A DNA stretch of 64,000 bases, from positions 58,094,001 to 58,158,000 of the forward strand of contig CM060732.1 in assembly GCA_030704615.1 (NCBI GenBank), given 5' to 3'. The notes under the pieces were generated by a model, which was not told the DNA's origin, searched no databases, and saw only the letters and a list, made by a program, of their open reading frames with translations. Source of the stretch: Takakia lepidozioides. Its lineage: Eukaryota > Plantae > Bryophyta. Below are positions 60,644-64,000 of the stretch, piece after piece (position 1 is the stretch's first letter; every line of letters begins with the position of its first letter). The translations under genes and the position numbers were made by a program.

Positions 60644-63164
60644 TTTGGCATGCAAGGAAGAATTGACTTTTTGCCAAGAACTTACCATAAATAACAGGTG
60701 ATTGGGTTGAATCACTTCCTGACCGATGGTTGTGCAAACTGCAAACAGCGTGCGGTCTTTCGAAGGCCCACCCTTCGCATCATGACAACTGTCCTCCACC
60801 TCTCAGAGGAGGAAAAAGCATCAGACACATTTTAGTCTCTCTTTAAATGGCATATGGGAGGTGATCCAATGGGTGGAGACTGAAGGCCCAGACATCGGCT
60901 TTGGCGTGTCAACCACCCAAGAGACCCAAGCACTCGCCCTGCAGTTGCTTCTTCAGAGTTCACCTCCTGCAGCTGCAATGCATGAGGTTTGTCCACCTGT
61001 ATGTGGTTGTGAAACAGTTGATAAATTTATTGCCTATGTCAGTCTGTGAACACTTGTTTTACCTTGCTGCTGTCGTGTTGTGTTTGATCCTGGAGATGTA
61101 AGGCTGTCTTTCCTTCGTTGGATATATATGTTGAGTGGTCTTCTCTCATCTGCTGGTCATGCTTATGTCCAATAATTCTAAGATTTGGCATCCCCATCAA
61201 CAAAAATGGGGTTTGTGTCACTAATGTGTGGCCCCCTCAAACCCTCTTACTCTTTCTGCATTCACTTATAAACAATGCTATTTTGTACCATTTCAGGACA
61301 AGATGTTGCTGTTCCGGGTGGCTACCTGGGCAGTAGCAGTTGCAATGCATATGCCGACTAAGATCAATTGTAGTCCCTAGCAGAAGGTAGGGCATGCTGC
61401 AGGAGGTCAGATCTTCCCTGAGAGCATTCCTGAGAAACTTTTGCGCTGGCTAGGAGCTTCTCTCATCCTTGGAAAGTCAGTGAAGGGCAAAGTGGTAGCA
61501 AAAGTTGGTGCAGGAAGTCCTGCCACGTGTTGGTCTCTCCTCATAGGCAGCACAACTGTTACACTGCCAGCAAGTTCTGTTAATGATAAGCTGGCAGGCC
61601 TTCTAGTGCAGCTGCACAGGCATGTGGGAATCCAGTCTTCTGGTGGCTCATTGGTTTCAATCGTAACTTCATTGGCGGCACTGTGGCCCTTTTTTGGAAG
61701 CTTGTCCTCGATAAACTGCGAAAAAGAAGGTTAGTCTTGTAGCAATTTGGCCCCAGCCCATGTACTACTTCTAGCACGCTTTTGATCTACACTATTGTAA
61801 GCATGAAGTATAATGACTAGTAGTAGAGGTTCACAATGTGCTCGCAAGGGTAAACTGTGTTAGTTCATTGCCTCCAAAAAGGCTCAAAGGCTGAAACCAT
61901 ACAGCTGCTCCTGTATTTAGATGGAAGAGCTTTGTTGAGTTGGTTAGCTGAGATTGTGCTACTCATTTGTGACTATTTGACCGATGGATCAAATCTCAAA
62001 ATGTCAATGGAAGTTAAGGGCACGTCCGCCAGTCGGATCTACGCTGGCTTTTTCTCTGGTTTCGAGTGTGGTGTTTGGAGAAGGGACAGACGCGTTTGAA
62101 ATATTGAGAGAGGAATAGTTAACCACGGAGAACCATGGCCTCACACCTGCTCCAAAACATAATGGATTGTGCTTGCCAGCTTCTGAGTGGCTGTAGACCA
62201 TAAATAGCCTAAAGAAAATGCTACCAGCCCATTATGCCATGGCACCACTGGAAGGAGAGGGAAGCAGGGCAAAAGTTTCTGTTTCTTAATGAGCAAGCAA
62301 AATCCATTATGTGAGATATATGTTGCTTTTGACTTATTCCCATGGCTGCATGTGCGTGACCTGTGTAGGAGACAAGGCCTTAATTCAGCTTGTCGAAGAC
62401 CTGGTGCAATTTCTTCTCTCAGATGTCCCTACTCCTGAGGAAACTGACCCAGACTGGCGCTGGTGAGGATTTTCTTTACATCTTGTGGAAAAGGGAGTCC
62501 ATGTTTGCCTGTAATTACTGCCTAGTATTGTTGTTACTCCAGCTTGATTTGAAGACAATTTCTATTGGCAATCAATCAAAGTTCACTCACATTCCTGTAT
62601 GCCCATGAATTGTGCGTTGTCAACTGTCTCGTGTGCCTGGCCCTAACACAAGTAGTATGTCATGTAGCTGTAGCATGTATAATCGGACCTGAATAATTAA
62701 GCTCTCTCTTCAGGTCAGTGAGCATCATCCATTTTCTCAAATGTTGTGTCATCAACTTGATGTGTGTGACAGGTCATACAACAGTCCGTGGAAATGCCAA
62801 CAAAATCTAGCTGGTGAACCACCAGTGCAATCCTTGTACCAAGTTGAGGTAAACCAGGCGATACTTGCTGTGTTTGAGCAGCTTTTGGTGGGGTTCTCCC
62901 AATCCCATTTGTTTCACCTCATCTCCAAGTGGAAGGCAGCGCTGGTTGATACTTCTAAGGAAGTTCAAGTCAATAACAATGGAAGGAAGGTTCCAGGGGC
63001 CATGAATCACCTTCAATGGAAAGCTCATGATATGCTACAAAGATCCTCTGCTGGCGAAAATTTCCAAGCTTGATCAAGCACAAAAGTGCAACTGTTTTTC
63101 AAGAACCAATATGGCCCTCTGCCATTCTCTAGTGCAAGGAATTGAGATTTACCATATTCTCTAA

Positions 63165-63421
63165 AAGGTTCTGTTTCAGTATCCAGGTCCACCAATGTTT
63201 TCTTCATGTCTGTAATAAAGCAAATGAGAGTTTGGTGCACCACGTTCTATAGTGAAGAGGCTGTGATTGTAAAACATTGTCTGGATTATTCTTTAAAACG
63301 GTTTTTGTTTCAGTATCCATGTTCACCAATGTTTACTTCATGTCTGTAATAAAGCAAATGAGAGTTTGGCACACCACTTTTTATACTGAAAAAGCTGTGA
63401 TTATCAAACATTGTCTGGATT
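63165..63421. repeat. Two-copy ~133-bp tandem duplication between the 3' ends of two convergent genes
   Basis: TGTTTCAGTATCCA...CTTCATGTCTGTAATAAAGCAAATGAGAGTTTGG...AAACATTGTCTGGATT occurs twice. Confidence 0.85.
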
Positions 63422-63601
63422 GTACATATAAATTGTCAGCTATACAATGCCCAAAGGTACATACCCAAGCCACATTTCATACCAAAGTCTGCAGCCTTTC
63501 TCAACTAACTTACCTCTCCCCTTGGGTCAAAAATTCCTACAGAGATCCAATGCATGACAGACATGGACACACTACCAACAGGTCAAAATTGATAAAGGAG
63601 A

Positions 63602-64000
63602 TCATTGGGTTGCCCACACCTCCTTAAGCAGCTGGTAGCGCCTGGCAACCCCGGACTCTTCCCTCTTCTTTTTCTTCCCATTAATGGGCAACTCACTGCT
63701 GTAATAGGGTTTACCCAGACTATATTGCAACAACCCAAGGGGATTTTGATGTTCCTCCAATTCGTCATCACTGGTGTACCCCTTCCGCAAAAGTGAGGAG
63801 GTACTCAAGCCTGAATGAGAAGCTCCAGGGGAATCCCCAATCCACAGCCTGACTAAATGTGAGGAAGGTGGGGTGTAGGTCACTGGAGGCACACGTGCTA
63901 TGACATGGTGTGTGTCTGCCTCACCTTGTTTTTTGGTTTCCATTGACAACTCAGTATCAATGGCGGCCAAAAGGGCAGGTGACACAGGATCTGGAGAGAA
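63602..64000 (-). CDS. Terminal exon of an unidentified plant protein (…GYTSDDELEE…RRYQLLKEVWATQ*), continuing off the right edge
   Basis: Open frame to TGA at 63602-63604, with a protein-like C-terminal motif. Family not recognised. Confidence 0.55.
   Translation of the reverse strand, partial: FSPDPVSPALLAAIDTELSMETKKQGEADTHHVIARVPPVTYTPPSSHLVRLWIGDSPGASHSGLSTSSLLRKGYTSDDELEEHQNPLGLLQYSLGKPYYSSELPINGKKKKREESGVARRYQLLKEVWATQ

Larger units (their letters stand above)
46015..63073 (+). pseudogene. URB1: Nucleolar pre-ribosomal-associated protein 1 (URB1/Npa1), full-length multi-exon gene with disabling lesions
   Basis: Exons include 46015-46174, 46257-46649, 48435-48706, 49120-49671, a ~3.4 kb exon near 52880-56305 and a last exon ending at TGA 63073. 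Motifs: YVLASPWCAEL, QKAALLLM.CIV.RG, LLLAAYGATM...DLEIF, AYDPAYILPF, PLFHSMFGS...RSERLWMLRLLAFGL. Lesions: G10 frameshift at 46415-46424, TAG 49190-49192, TAG 61378-61380 and a probable frameshift at ~50330. Confidence 0.8.

Noticed and set aside
49190-61380. TAG-to-Gln codon reassignment or U-to-C editing rescuing URB1
   Set aside because: Frameshifts co-occur in the same genes, TAA/TGA premature stops also occur in the MULE genes, and plant U-to-C editing is organellar. Methylation-driven decay is the simpler explanation.

Overview
This is land-plant nuclear DNA with spliceosomal introns; a bryophyte (moss-like) origin is an inference from gene and repeat content. Host genes, in order: the 3' part of a GAPN/ALDH11 gene carrying frameshift and splice-site lesions; an orphan PPR E/DYW fragment; an apparently intact Zn-dependent ADH-like gene (At5g63620/HER2-like); an apparently intact BCS1-type AAA-ATPase on the minus strand; a ~17 kb URB1/Npa1 gene with in-frame stops and a homopolymer frameshift; and the last exon of a convergent unidentified gene. 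The main feature is a 22.1 kb Mutator-like element (18368-40490), bounded by ~300 bp GC-rich TIRs and a 9-bp TSD (GGTCGCAAA/GGTCGTAAA). It carries a decayed DDE transposase resembling the angiosperm At4g13970/At1g60560 family and a zinc-finger + Ulp1-type protease gene; both face inward from the TIRs. It also carries a second SWIM gene, several orphan ORFs (one intact and preceded by a 64-bp motif array), a 10-bp minisatellite and tandem LINE 3' ends. To its right lie a Tc1/mariner-type MITE, Helitron remnants and a TTAA/CCC-terminated piggyBac-like element. Fragments of two LINE families occur mostly in introns. All family assignments come from motif recognition by eye, not database searches.
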